Shown in pieces: positions 36,419-50,817 of a DNA stretch of 64,000 bases. The stretch lies in contig NC_090603.1 of the NCBI RefSeq assembly GCF_000497125.1, positions 558,001-622,000 on the forward strand, in the 5' to 3' direction. Each line of letters begins with the position of its first letter. Within the stretch, counting starts at the first letter, position 1. This DNA is from Spironucleus salmonicida. Its lineage: Eukaryota. The notes below the pieces were generated by a model. That model saw nothing but the letters and a program-made list of their open reading frames with translations, did not search any database and was not told the DNA's origin. The position numbers and the translations under genes were made by a program.

Positions 36419-39400
36419 ATGTCTAAGTCTATCATAGATTATGTTAAAGAATCTTCATCATAGATTTTTTATTCGTTTATAGTTGTTTTATTGTTGTATG
36501 CATAACTTTTCATGGTTAATTCCATAATAACAAAGATCATTTAATTTATATTAAACGTAATACTTAGAAATAAGAAGTAGTATATAACAATACGTAATAT
36601 GAGGCTTGGATTATTCTCTTTATCGTTACATATATCTCAAGTTACATATGCCACTGAAACATTTTCAATTGAAATAGCTGATGTTTTAATTAAATATCAT
36701 CATATTAAACATATTTAAATTTTTAACTCAAATACATTTAAATAGTTTATTTAATCTACTTCTGATGATTCTATGGAATTTTAGATATAAAATACTCCAT
36801 TGTAAGTAAAGATAGTTGGCCTATAGTTTCATCAATTTTCAAGATAGAAATAGACAACAAAAGATGATCTATTACATGAAATGAAGACAGTTATTGAAAA
36901 AATTCCAGTTCCAGCATTTATATTTAAATTTATACCTGCTTTTAATCTTGATATTGAAAGCTTTAGGTTTGTAATTTGCAATTAATATATGCGTCTCAGT
37001 TTGGTTGCTTAGTTCAAAAAATTTAGTTCAGTAGTTGGTGTTGGCACAACTGCTCATAAGGAAGATCCGTTTAGTTATTAACTAGAATCAATTCTCAAAA
37101 ATTTTCAGATTAGTTTTTTTGAGAATCCTAAATTTGATTCTTCGAATTAATAGAAATCATTTTTGACTAATTAAGGCGATTAGATATTAAAAATACCAAT
37201 CATTAAAAGTTAGTAAGTTAGACTTAGCCTCAAAAAAGAAATAGGTGGTTTATTTACAGATGAGAATGTTAGAACACTTTATATTGATGAAACCTCCCCA
37301 AATTCATAAATTTTAGTCAGATTCGGAGATAAGACACGATTAAATCTAGGACCATGGTATATCTCAGAATTACTTAAATTTGTTGATTTCCTTAACCCGT
37401 TTAACTTTAATAATAAGACAAAAGAGCTAGTTCTAAGAACACGAAGATTTAGTACTTCTTTTAATGTTGCATGTATATTTTAAAATGATACTCCATTGGT
37501 AATTCCATATTTTAATGGTTTATATAAATATGACTGTTTGCGTGACGATCCACTTGTTTCTTGGAAATAATACTAAAATACATATACAGAAGTTTTTAAA
37601 CATGTTAAAGAAAAATAAGAGAATGATAAGAAAAATCGAAAAAATAAATTTAAGGCTTAGGTTGAAATTGAAATTGACAAAGAAGAGAAGGCAGCCATTG
37701 ATATATTTTTTGAAAAGTTTACACCTTTCATTAAAAAATAGTCTGATGATTTAAGAAAATCAAAATATAAAGAATATGAGCTATATACAGATGATGATGT
37801 ATTGTAACATAATGAAATAACAGCCCCATCTCCGGAGAACTATTTAGTTTCTAATCATTGTTTGCTGGTTAAAATAAGTAAGATGTCTTAGCTTTTATAC
37901 CGATAGTAATTTAAGTATTATCAACCATTCAAAGAACCAAAATCTGGGCTTCAGTTAACTTTTAAGATGCCAAAAATAGAAATAAAAACATCTTTTGCAA
38001 AATAAGTATTTTTGGCAGCAGAAGACTTTATTTTCTTATTAAATAACACAACAACATATTTTAAACTACCACTTAGCTTTTTTGAACTAGGATTGTATGG
38101 TAGAAATTTATTATTTGATCTTAACAAGCCATCACTTGATTCAATTTTACATTTAGCAGATCATTTTACATAAGAGGATCCAATTTATAATTTTTATGAG
38201 TTATATAATGTTAAATTATAAAAATTATAGATTAAAAGAAATTATTATGCTAAAAAAACTAAAAGATATGTATCAGGAAGGTTTGTTAATAGTTAGATAT
38301 CAATCAATTTGGCAAATTAAAATATAGTTGAATCATTATAACATGTTAATTAAATAGTTCCCTCCTAATAGTTTACAGTAGGTGACCAATTATTTGCATC
38401 GTGGATTTTATAGGGGGATAAGGCATTTAGATATCTATAGCTTTTTACATCGCAATAATTAAGTTTTGCTTCAAATTATTTTCTTTCTAAAAATAGAGAT
38501 TTATTATTTTAATCAATTGAATTTGAAAAGGAGCAGGTTCCTTAATTAGATATTTTTTCGAAACTAGAATATTACAATTTAGATTACTTTAATTCTATCT
38601 ACTCATATTTCTAAACCAATTTACAATAACAAATTGAGTCTATAGACTATAATCATATTTCTCATCATTAAGCATCCTTACCTATGACAGATTATGCTTT
38701 AGTTAAAGAAATGGATTATCCAGATTAATAACGATTTTTAGCTTACTCATCTCATTTTTAGATGGAATTAAAAATGAAACGCTTTAATTTTGTTGATTTA
38801 GATTCTGATATAGTAGATCTTTTAATTGATTAGTTAACAATAAATAATTTAAGTAAAGAATAGTGCAATCTATAGTCTCCTTATTAATATTAAACAAGTT
38901 TTGTAGTATGTTCAAAAAATCTTTCATTTTATTTACAAGGAGCAAAAGATTCATTATTTAGTTAAATGTATCTTACAAAACATAACGATTTAAAAATAGG
39001 ATAAGTATAACTGTTTACAATGAGCATTAATAATTAAACAGCTATGGTGTAACATCAAACATCATTGCTTGAGTTTACTATTGATATTAATTAAGCAGTA
39101 TTAATTATTAATATAGATGTTATTATAGCAATAGTAAGAATTATTTTCAATATTATTTTAGAGTGTCAATATTGTGTAAATGTAGTAGATTAATTTAGGT
39201 TGGATACAGAAAATAATTTAATTAGCTATTTATAGAATATTGCCAAAAAATATAAAAAAGGAATTGAGAAAGATAGAAATTAAAGTTTTATATCAATAGA
39301 TTATCCAATGTCCATACAACAAAGTGTTAATGAAGAAGAATCTAAAGCAGTAGATAAAATATTAGTATTCAAATTAAACGCAACAAATGTAATTGGATTG

Positions 39401-42400
39401 TTGTAAACAAAAAATATACAAGAATTACCTAGAAGAGGACCATTTGCATTATTTAATCCAGATTATAATTTAATTTTACATGCAGAAGAGATAACATATA
39501 TTGTTAATAAGGTGGATTTATAAACAGTTCAAGAAGCTCACATATCACCTATACGATTATTTAATAGTTTTTAAGATTGTGTCAATATTAAGCATTTTTT
39601 TATACAAGATATTGTTAGAAAATACAATAATACTTAAGTATTTGATAATGATAATGAGTAAAAATCTCTCTACTAAGTATATTTTAATAATAAGAAAGTA
39701 GATTCAAATGTTAAGCTAGAAAGCCATCCAATAGCATAAATACCTTGGTTATTACTTAGTATAACTCTAAACTAATCGGTTTTTCAGGGGATGGATTAAT
39801 CAGTTTTGTTATAGTTAAAATGTCTTGTATCCCAAATAATAGTTAATATAGATTTAGATTAATTATCAAAATTATAAGATGGTATCTTCTATTCATTAGC
39901 AAGTTATAAAGGAATCTTTGAAAAATCTTATTCATCATTTGATTTTAAAGAAATTTTGGAAAATATTAGGAAATTATATGAATCATCTTTTATTTTTGAT
40001 ACTATACCTACCTAATAATTTTCATTTAGATCAGGTAATTAGAAATAATTCTTATTTGACATAGGAGAAGTTATAGTAAAAATCAACAACGCACGTACTT
40101 CCAATTAACTCAACAATAATAATGTTTCATTAAATCTTAGTACAGTAGAACCAATTTCGTCATTTATAGTTACAAATTTTGATAAATAATAAAAATTAAC
40201 CTTCGAGCTAACTACAGGTATATAGGTATGCTTAAATTAATAGGTTTCGTAATTGGAGAAGTAATTATTGTTGATTAAAAGTAAAATTTTATTAAAAATC
40301 GATAAAAATGGGGATAATTATTTTAATAATTTTCAACAAAAATTATTTGCTATGAAAAATCCTTATTTTACCTAAAATTATACGGAAATTTAAGAAGTGG
40401 AACCGGATTTTACGATAAATGATATAATTGACTCGTAATATGCTTAGTATTTTTGTTATTATAATCCTGAGAATTACTAAGGTTATAGCAAATAAGATGG
40501 GTAAAATATCTAAATCTAAAATCCAAATGTAGTTATTTAAAGGACTCATCTATATTAGTTATATCAGAAATATGATTTGGACATATTATAAGTAATAGAT
40601 CCTAAACCTTAAATGTTATTAGCTGAACAACATTTAAACATATAGTTCACTATAAGAGACAAAATATATGTTTAAATGTTACCTGAATCAGTGTAATAAT
40701 TAATCTTATTACAATAGTATCAGTTATATTAATCAAATGATAATTTAGAAGATATTTTAGACATATATTCATAAGGGTATTCTATAGACTTTTTACGATA
40801 GTTCATGCAACTAGAATAAGATTTAAGAAATATTTTAGTCTTAGTTAGATAAGAAAGTTAGTAATAGAAACGACAAAATATAGATCTTAATATTTAGGAA
40901 TCCGATCTAGTTTCATTAGAAATTTAAGATAGTTCAACTATTGTGTCAGCAGAAGATTTATAATAATAATTAGAATAATATGACATGTTTTAATGTATTA
41001 AATTCTAGAGAATAAGATATGGTAAAAATTATTGGACTAGTGTATTTCCAACTATATCAGAAAGATAGATTTAGTCAGTAACGTCGTTTGAGTTCAAAGT
41101 ACCATAAATTAATATTTAAATGGTTGGTATAGGTTAAGATATAATATTTAATTCAGATTAATTACTAGTTAGCTTAATTACAAAATAGAAAATAATTTAA
41201 CCATAATTTTAATTATTATATGGTATATCAAAGCTAAAGTATTTATGCAACCATTCAATTATTGAAAAGTAATAATAGTGTTCATTAATTTATTCACAGG
41301 TTTGTATTACATAGAAAAATATTAATTTATATTTTTCAAAGGAGACTGGAAATATTTATACCCAAAATTATGATATTCAAATAGTTTAAACTCCATAACT
41401 TGATAAAAACTTATAATAACTAAAGTTTATTGCAAATATTTCTTAGATACAAGGGTTACTTAATCCAACCACTTTATATACAGTCGTATAATTTATTAGA
41501 TAATTTTAATTTTAAGATAAAAGTCAAAAATAATTAAAACAAACTAAATTATAATTAGAGCAGCAGCAGAAAGTTTTAAAATTATATTTGCTAAACTATT
41601 AATCAAATGCAAGCTATTTAGTTAATTAAGAATTTTTGGCATAATTTTCCAATTAAGAACTTAAATAATTTTTAAGTTCTGTATATGAATCAGAAATTTA
41701 GTAGTAAATAACATAATTTTGTTATAAAATAAAAACTAAGCAATCGATTTAATTTATTTATAACATTCTAAATAATGCAGCTGACTCATTTAAAACGATT
41801 CCAAATGAACTGTTATAATAGTTTTTAAGAGCAGACATACCTTCCTTCGAAAGCTTAAAAATATTAACAATTTTGTCTTAAAACATAAATTTTAAAAAGA
41901 TTGGTGTTAAAAAATAAATTAAATATCTTTCTATAAATTTACTCACAGGTTCAGGACAAGCAACAATTAATTTTAATGGTTTCCATTGTATATTTTCACA
42001 ATCTAATCCCGATGATTTGGAAACACTCTTACTGCCGAATGAAAATTATATAAGTGTGTAGTAGCTGCAACTTAAAGGATAATTATATTTAACGGAATAA
42101 CTTAATATTAATTTAGAAACTATTTTATTGATTAAAAATACAGATTTACGATTTAACAATTAAATTATTTATTATATTTTATAAGATTATACAGTTATAG
42201 ATTAAGATCAATAAAATGATCTATCATAATTTAGTTAAAATATGGATGAGCAGTTTATTGATATCGTTCAAGATTAGCCAAAGGGAATATTTTAAAATAA
42301 TGAGAATTTTAGATCATTAATTTAAAATTTAGTATTGGAATAATAGCTCCCTTTTGGTCGTAAACTTATGAAATGGATAAATGGTATTAATATTTAGTTT

Positions 42401-45400
42401 TTACTTCACATATTAGGATCTCAAATTTAATTTTCTATTTAAACATTATTATTTTCTTTTGAGTTGCCTAAGGCTATTCTCTCTATTTCAACTAATGAAG
42501 CTAAGTTATATCCTAAAGTTATTAATTAATTTTAAATATAATAATTTAATTTTATAATTAGAGATTGTGAGACTATTATATCTGATTTAGAAGTTAAAAA
42601 TTTTAATATATTATAAAGAAGTTCAGTTGAGTCTCTTGTTCTTTAAGGATAAATAAAGGAAGATTTAATAACACTGGTATAAATATCGGTCGACTAACTT
42701 ACTATAACTATAACAGATGCTGATATTGGACTTTCAAAACTGTTATATAGTTTTTCATTGTTGGTTAAAGATGTTAATCAATCATTTGATTAATTTATGC
42801 CAAAATAAAAGTAATAAATAGTTTAATAAGATAATATCTAATAAATATCTGAACTTTCATCAGTTATTCTTTTATTGAATTTTAAATAGGTTCTTATTAA
42901 AGCAAAGTTGTCTAATTTTATTAATATTTAGTTTGTTGCTGATAATATTGTTACACAGGTACAATCATTAGGTTGTATAAAGGGATAATAACTATAACCT
43001 GCATAAGGTTTTACAGCAATATACTAAATGATATTATCAATTAATGAGTCTGAAGAATTATTTTTACCAAAAATAATTTTATACTATGCATATTATTAAT
43101 AAGCGAATCATCTTAATTGTTCCGCCATAATCTCATCATAAAAATTAAATATAAATATTGAAACAATTGCCTTATTGTGTTTTATTTAATAAAATTTTAT
43201 TAAGTATAAATTATATATAGAAAAATTTACCAAAGGATCTAAAAAGCCCTTTATCAAATAATCTAATAAGCATACTGTTAAAAGTTCAAAATCTTTAGGG
43301 TATTCCGTTATAGTATAAACATCTCCTATTATACTTAATGTTGGAATGGACAGTTTTGTATTTAATTTTATTAGTAATGAAATACAGTGTAAATTTACTA
43401 ATTGTAATTCAATTACAGGCAATGCTTTTGGAACTAATTTTTAAGTAAAATAAGTTAACACCACATTTGGGCCTAAATACTAATTGATTGTATCTTAAAT
43501 TTATTTTATATAGTCAAAACATTGGGTAGATAAATATTTTGGCATAAAGAATGTATATAATGATTTAAAAGAAAATTGTTTGCTCGTAGAAACAGAAAAT
43601 TAGAATATTATTTCAGATATTTATTTACTCATTAGTACAAAATTTTATTGTGAAGGATTTTTATCAAAATTACATCAATAAAACACAATTGATGTAAATT
43701 AACTATCGTGCCATATACATCCTAATCTCATTTTTGCCGTTAAATAAATATATATACATTTCAAATTCTTATTATAAACATTGTAAAATGATGAAAACTA
43801 ATAATAAAAGTTAATTAAACTAAAGCATATTCAAAAATAATTTATTTAAGATGAAATTATTAAATAAAATACATCAATAGGCATTAAACTTAATATTTCG
43901 AATATTTTCATAATTCTTTAAACATTTAAGGATGTTTAATTAGAACTTAATGTACCTTAATTATTTTATGAATAATTAACTAAATAAAAATTTTCTGAGT
44001 AGTTTTAGTAAAATCTCAAAGATACAAATATTTAGTTGAATATAGACTCAGTTACTAGTAATTTAACTTAAAAACTCACATCAACTGATACTTTGTGTTT
44101 TTCATTTAAGTACAATTTTACTTCTAAACAAGATTCGGTTGAGTCTTCAAATAATGCATATAAAGTAATAGTTGATAAAATTGTGCTATCTGCATATGAA
44201 TCATTCGGAGCACATGTTTATTCAGTTATGTTTTCATTATAATTCGCTTTTAATTAGTAAGTTGAGATAGCATAATAATTATTCATTAAATATAAAGATA
44301 TTAATTTAGATAGTTCTATTATAGATAATTTAATAGATTAATCAGATATTTTTGTAGATTTTGCTGAATAATTTTTCATTAAAAATAGTCTAATTGTTAA
44401 TTTCATCAAACCTTAAATCTCGCTAAGTGTGTCTTAAGTTAAAGATTTTTAAACTATTACATTAGTTTTACCTAGTATACAACTACATTTCAACCAGTAT
44501 ACATAGCCATTTGGAAGACTTTAGGATTACTAAACTGAAAATTGCTACAAAATATATAAAACCATTATTGATGAATATAATATAGGATGCTTAACATTTT
44601 ATTAGCCATATTAGTAGGAAAACTGTGCGAAATTATTTATAGGTAATTTTAACCAAGAATTACCACAAGAGATATTTGTTTATGCATAATATCTATTGAA
44701 ATTGATAGACTTTGTTTAAATTTATGAAAACAGAGTACAATTATTATTGACAGAAAATAAATTTATTCCTAAATTTAACTCAGATAGATTTAATTAAAAC
44801 ATAAAATTAGCATAAAAAGAGATTTTAAATTATTTTTCAAACAACGTTATAATCTAACTTGTTGCTTAATTATCGTTTTTTAAATTAACTATACATTCAA
44901 GTTCTAATAAATAAAATTATGATGAAAACTATTCTTCGTTGGTAATATTTTTTAGTTAATCATAGTTTGCGTATATTAGCTAAAATAAAAATCTTTAGCT
45001 ATTTGTTCAGGTCCGATAATTTGTTTTATACACTATTTAAAATAATATGTTATTACCGATTACCTTGTACTAAACGTATGTAAATGAACTTCCTGTAACT
45101 ATCTTACCTCTAGGAATTCTTTTTAATGGGGTGATTTTTTCATACTCGTAGGTAATTGAGGAAAGGTAAAACATAATATCTGTTCTGTTAAATATAGATA
45201 ATATAGAATTTTAATCAGCTCCACTTGCTTTCCAGTCAATCAGTATATTTTATAACATTTGGAGCTAAAATATAATTGCAATGTAGAATTATATTAGATA
45301 ATAAGTATCATCATTACAGTCTGTGAAAAAATAAGTAGAAACAAATCTTAAAACTAAAATCTAACTTGAGAAAGTACTTTCTCTTTAGCTGAAATTAGAT

Positions 45401-47029
45401 AATATTAAACTTATTTTAAATAAATCAGAATATTATAACACAAAAGACATTCATATGCTAAAATTAAATGAAAAAGAAGTTACTGATGATTAATTACGAC
45501 TTTTATTGTAAGCATTTATAAAAATTAAAGATAAACAACAAAATATTTAACCTATTATGGAATTTACATCTATTAAAGATCAGTGTTGTTTAGTATTGGA
45601 AATTACAAAACAAAATGATTTTATCGATTCTATTACTCTACTGATTCCAGGTTTCTAAAATAAACTGTCTGATGAAATGTCAAATCTTATTTTTAGATTT
45701 GATAAGACTTTAATTTAAATGTAAAATCTCGTTTTATCTACAAAATTTTAGGTGTCTTTTACATAGCTTTAGTTGATTCATAAAGATAATAGTAAACTTA
45801 TTATGGATCTTAATCTCGGCAAATCATACTTAAATTTAATAATTTAATAATAGGAAAATAGTCTAGTGCTACAAATTGGAGATTTTATTGGGTCCTTTGC
45901 CATAACTACAGTGTAATCTATTTCCAAAATTTTATCTTCAATTATTTTCGAGTCAAAGTCTTATTGGAATGTCGGATAGTAGACAATTGAGCAGTCATCC
46001 CTATTCATTTTGCCTGATTATATTCATGGTTTGAGCAATCAGTCGAATACATTAGAAGATATTGCAAATCAATTAAAAAGTAGCTCTGTTTTTAAGTCAC
46101 CTAAACGATAATAATCAAAACTATTTTTATCTGAAAATATCAATAATACTATTTTAAAATCAAAAATAATCAAATAGTTTTAGGTTAAAAATAACTTATC
46201 TTTGTAACTGTGCTTTAACAAAATTGTTATTAGTTTAAGCTAATATTCATTACAAGATAAACTATTAATATTTTTGAAGTTTTCAGATACTACTGTGCAT
46301 ATCAAATCTGTAGTATATCCATAGGATTCATATGATTGTCAAATTATTGATTTTTCATTACCTTAAATTTAGCGGTATAATTTTATAAATAATAGAATAG
46401 ATCTATAGTTTTCTTTAAAAACAAAATAGATTTTGCTTTAGTTAATTGATGTATTTGATAGACTAAACTCATTAGAAAATATTGAATAACTTTAATAATA
46501 AAAAAAAATTAAAGTATCGACGGTGGTTCAATTAAACGATAGTTACTGGTCAGTCCACTCAACGAATGCACTTAAATTGAATAATTTATAAAAAACAGTT
46601 TCTTATGCAACTTTTGCTTAAATATTTTCAAACCCAGGAAAATTTATTGTCGGTGATAATATACTTAGAATTTCAGAGATGATAAGCTAAATGATTAAAG
46701 ACATAAAGTGTTTTATACTTACAATTTAAAAATAAGTATTAGACAAAGAAGTAATAGTTAAAGAAGATGTTGATACGTTTTTTAATAACTGCCTAATATT
46801 AGAATAAAATGGTGAATATTACTTTTTAAAAGATACAAAGTTTAAAAATCTAGATTCTCTATTTCCAACGTTAGATATTTTGGGAAAATGCACTGGAATT
46901 GTTGAATTGATTACTAAAAATATTTCAGGTATATAAAAGTTAATCGAAACCAAAATTGATAACGTAAATACATTTTGTGTTGAAATTAGTTAAGCTGTAG
47001 ATAAATTTGCAGATATGCTACTAAAATGA
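36419..47029 (+). CDS. BLTP1: bridge-like lipid transfer protein BLTP1/KIAA1109/Csf1-like (3536 aa)
   Basis: 10.6-kb table-6 frame with no in-frame TGA (scanned). N-terminal TM segment, then YITIRNMRLGLFSLSLHISQVTYATETFSIEIADVLI, LQVKIVGLQFHQFSR, FIPAFNLDIESFRFVICN, HKEDPFSYQLESILKNFQISFFENPKF, in the same order as the BLTP1/Csf1 N-terminal domain. Confidence 0.75.
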
Positions 47030-47612
47030 GACTAAGTTTTTAAGTTATGATTATATTATGTTTTTATTACTATTTAAATATTATTTCGTAAGCCTGACTG
47101 AAGCTAACACTAATTCATAAAAATGCTAAATAACGAAAAATTCTGATTTATAGTTCAAATTTATTTCTCATATTGCTAAACATTAACGCAAAAGATACAA
47201 ATTTTAATTATTGTTAAGTTTTAATAAGATTAAAATGATAAATACTAGTACTTTAGTAAATACTGAAAGATAAACTTACTGTAATAAGAAAATGTAAACG
47301 GAAGACGCCTTAATAATAGGTTAAATTATTCATATATAGTGCAAAGTATAATCCCATTTAATAGACACATTACACTTATATTTGAATCGCTATTTATAAT
47401 ATGTGTTGATATTATTTCACTATATAATCTCATCCACTTTTTTAAATTTATATCCAATAACGTAATAAATGTAACTCCAATTATATATTAAATATTAACC
47501 CATCATAGTTAATGCAATTTATATTTATGCATTTGCGCATATATTTCCAATATAGATTATACTTATTGGTAAACTAGCTGATATTATGTAATTATAGAGT
47601 AGTTTATAATAT

Positions 47613-48302
47613 TCATTTTTTAATATCGTCTAGGTTCTTATTCAAATAATATTCTAATTTTTCAATATCCTCACACATTTATAGCCATTATCTTCTCAAA
47701 TTATTAATTTAATTTCCATATTTTTATAATTAATATTTTAAGATAAACTCTTTCACAATTTTTCTAGATTCAATATCAATCATTAGTTTTTAAGAATCTA
47801 CTTATGTTTAAATCTATGGTTAAGGTTTAAAAATTTATTATTTATGATGCATAATATCTAATACCTCTTTTGCAATCTATACCGTGAATTTATCTTATGT
47901 ACAATATATAATAGCATCTGGCTCATCCTCCCATTATTAATAAATATTCATGATAGACTTATTTGGCACAGAGTCAGATCTATGACTATTTCGTTCTAAG
48001 ATAACATCCAAGTCACTAATTAACACAACAAAAACAATAGATTTTCTAAGCTTTTCACATATAACTTTCACCTTTTTTCTTGCTGAAGAATGTTAAAATG
48101 TATGCTCAATAATGAGTATTTTATTACTTTTATAGTTATTAATATAATCATAAAATAATTATCTGGCTACCTAATATTAATTTGTAAGTAAAAATGTATC
48201 AAATTGAAGTGATTCAAAATCACCAAGATTGAGCAGTGCTTTTAAAAGTGTTGACTTTCCAGTAGCTGGTAAGCCACATATACATATCATTATTTCAGAC
48301 AT
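47613..48302 (-). CDS. PSTK: O-phosphoseryl-tRNA(Sec) kinase-like P-loop kinase (229 aa)
   Basis: ICICGLPATGKST Walker A; LIIEHTFQHSSAR; LERNSHRSDSVP (RxxxR lid); C-terminal IDIESRKIVKEFI...INNLRRQWL resembles the PSTK tRNA-binding helices; KTI12 is the alternative. Confidence 0.7.
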
Positions 48303-48420
48303 ATATTATAAAATATAATAAAGTAGATTTTTACTTTTTTGATGAAATGATTATTTACTAATATATGGTAATACTATTAATAAAAATTTCAAATTTGATT
48401 CAAAAGTACCACTCCCTGAC

Positions 48421-49638
48421 ATGTCCAACATTATTGTTAATAACATTCCTGAAAAATTCACTGTTGAGCAATTGTTTTCTCTCCTAGACTAAGCTAATAT
48501 TCCTTGCAGTAACAGGAATGTCAAGATTGTAAAATCTAACAGGACGACTCGTCAGAACTATACAGGTCGTTATTGCATCCTTAATTTAGAATCTGATGTT
48601 ATCGCTCAGACTGCCATTTAAGCCATCAATTAGATTGTTGTTACAGTTGAAAGCAAAGAAGTATAAATTCGTGCTATGATTTTCCTTCCTAATTTCCGTG
48701 CTCTTACAGAAGACCCTTCGCTTAATATTGTTGTCTATAATTTACCACTTGAGCTTTCTTCCTCCGATCTTTATGAAATTTTTGCTGATTTTGGTACTGT
48801 TCTTTCAACCTCTGTTAACAAGAAAGACACATCTAATATGGGATATGTTCTTTTTGATAAAGCTGAAACCGCAGTTAGAGCCATATAGGAAGCTGATGGT
48901 AAGTATCTTGGTCCTTCTAAGATTATTATCAAACCCTTCAGAACTATTGAGGATCGTCAGAGATATAATACTGAAATTCTTGTTTTTTCTGCTGGAGCTG
49001 CTACAACCTTTACCTCTGAAGCTGCTGCTTAACGTATTACCGAAATATTGCCATTTGTATAATTTGACGGTGATATTTGCATCAGGGATGATCCTAGACC
49101 TGCAGAAGTTAACTGTGGAGGCGCTGCTTGGATCTTTACTTGTAAAGATCATACAATGGCTGCTAGATTAATTAGTGAATTAAACGACATGTCCTATACT
49201 TTTGAAGGTGTTAATGAGCCATGCCGCTCTGTTCCTAAACTTTCCAAAGGCATGCTTGCTAAAGCAAAAGCATAGGAATAAACAAGAAACCGTGAATAAT
49301 TTTAAGAATCTGGAGCCAATGTTTAAGTATTTGGTCTCAAGATGAATACAACGGAAGCTGAAGTAAGATCTTTTATGGAAAAATTCGGTGACATTGAAAA
49401 TATCTCCGCCCCTCGTATGACTGCAGATATCGCTTAAGATCTCTTCCATTATAATGTTCTCTACAAGAACTCTAGCTAGGCTGAAAAAGCAATCGCCGAG
49501 GCTACTCAACTTGAGTAAAGCCTTCCCGAAAGACTTTCTGATAACCAGTTACGTGTAATCAAGTATACTGCTAAGAAGGAAGTTAAATCTACCACTAGAC
49601 GTGGTAAAGACCAGGAACAGAGATCTGGACCAATGTGA
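48421..49638 (+). CDS. multi-RRM poly(A)-binding-protein-like (405 aa)
   Basis: About four RRMs: NIIVNNIP, NIVVYNLP...FADFGTVLS...MGYVLFD, NVQVFGL...MEKFGDIENI; no MLLE tail visible. Confidence 0.75.
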
Positions 49639-49684
49639 GCTGAAAGTGACAAATTAAATTTTAACATATATTTTCTTTCCTTTT

Positions 49685-50017
49685 ATGAATATTTTTACTA
49701 TAAAATTTAAAAATTTCGGATTTTTAGATTTAATTTAATTTGTAGCATAATATCGTGAATTACAGCAAGATGTACTTGTGGCCTTTCGACTGAAATTGGA
49801 GATTCTTTTCGATGAACCACTGATCTTAGAATGCTTAAGGAATCAAAATTTAAAATATTTGACTGTTTATCTAGCACTATCATTGGACGTATTCAAATAT
49901 CGAAAATATCTATTGGAACTGTTGTATGATTATAGAAAAATAATTGTTAATGGGACGATTCATCGAATGGATGAAATTGTAAATAAATACATATAAGGTA
50001 AGTAAATTTTCGAGTGA
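49685..50017 (+). CDS. PRP38: minimal PRP38-like splicing factor (110 aa)
   Basis: LILECLRNQNLKYL...YLLELLYDYRKIIVNGTIHRMDEIVN parallels PRP38 IIVEFIKNEDFKYV...YLEPLYNDYRKI...MHVDEFID; stop GAGTGA. Confidence 0.6.
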
Positions 50018-50067
50018 ATTATATCAATATATAATAATTAATATAGGTGCTTTCATTCCGCAATAAA

Positions 50068-50559
50068 ATGCCGCCAAAAAAAAAGTAGGCAGTGTCAACG
50101 CGCCCTGCGTTTGAATATCTCCCTGTATTACCTCAATAATATGATAGATATATTTTACTGACACTTAAATTGGTTAGTTGGTCATATTTAAATTTTTCAG
50201 TAAGACTTCCTGTGAACACACCACTTGCTCACATTAAAAAGCTTATCATTTAGTCACATAAGCAAGCTTTACATTAAAGAAAACAATATACAGCTCATGC
50301 GTAAATTGGTAATTTTGATTAGCCTTTTTCAGTTATGACTGAACATGATTATGAAATATTATCATATTCGGTCAATCAGGACTTAAATCTTTATAAGGGT
50401 TCTCCTCTTACATGGCCTCCTCTTCCTGACGATGATTCAATGACTTTAGCAGATATAGGATTCAATGGATCTTGTGTAGATGAACCTTTAATTGAAGCAG
50501 ATTTATTTTATGATTTTTAGGCTTGTAGAATTATAGGTAATGGAAAAGAGAAAGTGTGA
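50068..50559 (+). CDS. conserved-looking hypothetical protein, possible ubiquitin-like fold (163 aa)
   Basis: MPPKKKQAVS...YILLTLKLVSWSYLNFSVRLPVNTPLAHIKKLI...DDDSMTLADIGFNG...LFYDF; DxxTLxDxG resembles ubiquitin-like domains. Confidence 0.7.
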
Positions 50560-50560
50560 A

Positions 50561-50761
50561 TCATTAAATTTTACTTAATTAATATAACTCTTCATATTTC
50601 AATAACCTTGTTCTATGCTGTTATTTTTCTAAATTCAAGTAATCTTCATCAGAGAAATAGTCGTTATCGTCTAAGTACTTACTAGAATCTTGATAAGATA
50701 CAATTATTTTTTATAATGGTTCATCATTTTCATGTTTTATTGGCTTATATTAAAGTTTCAT
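50561..50761 (-). CDS. small hypothetical protein (66 aa)
   Basis: MKLQYKPIKHENDEPLQKII...YEELYQLSKIQ*; stop 1 nt from the convergent stop at 50559. Confidence 0.5.
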
Positions 50762-50817
50762 TTTATAATAATATTAAGTGAAAACCCTATATAATAATTG
50801 TAATATGCATAATCACA

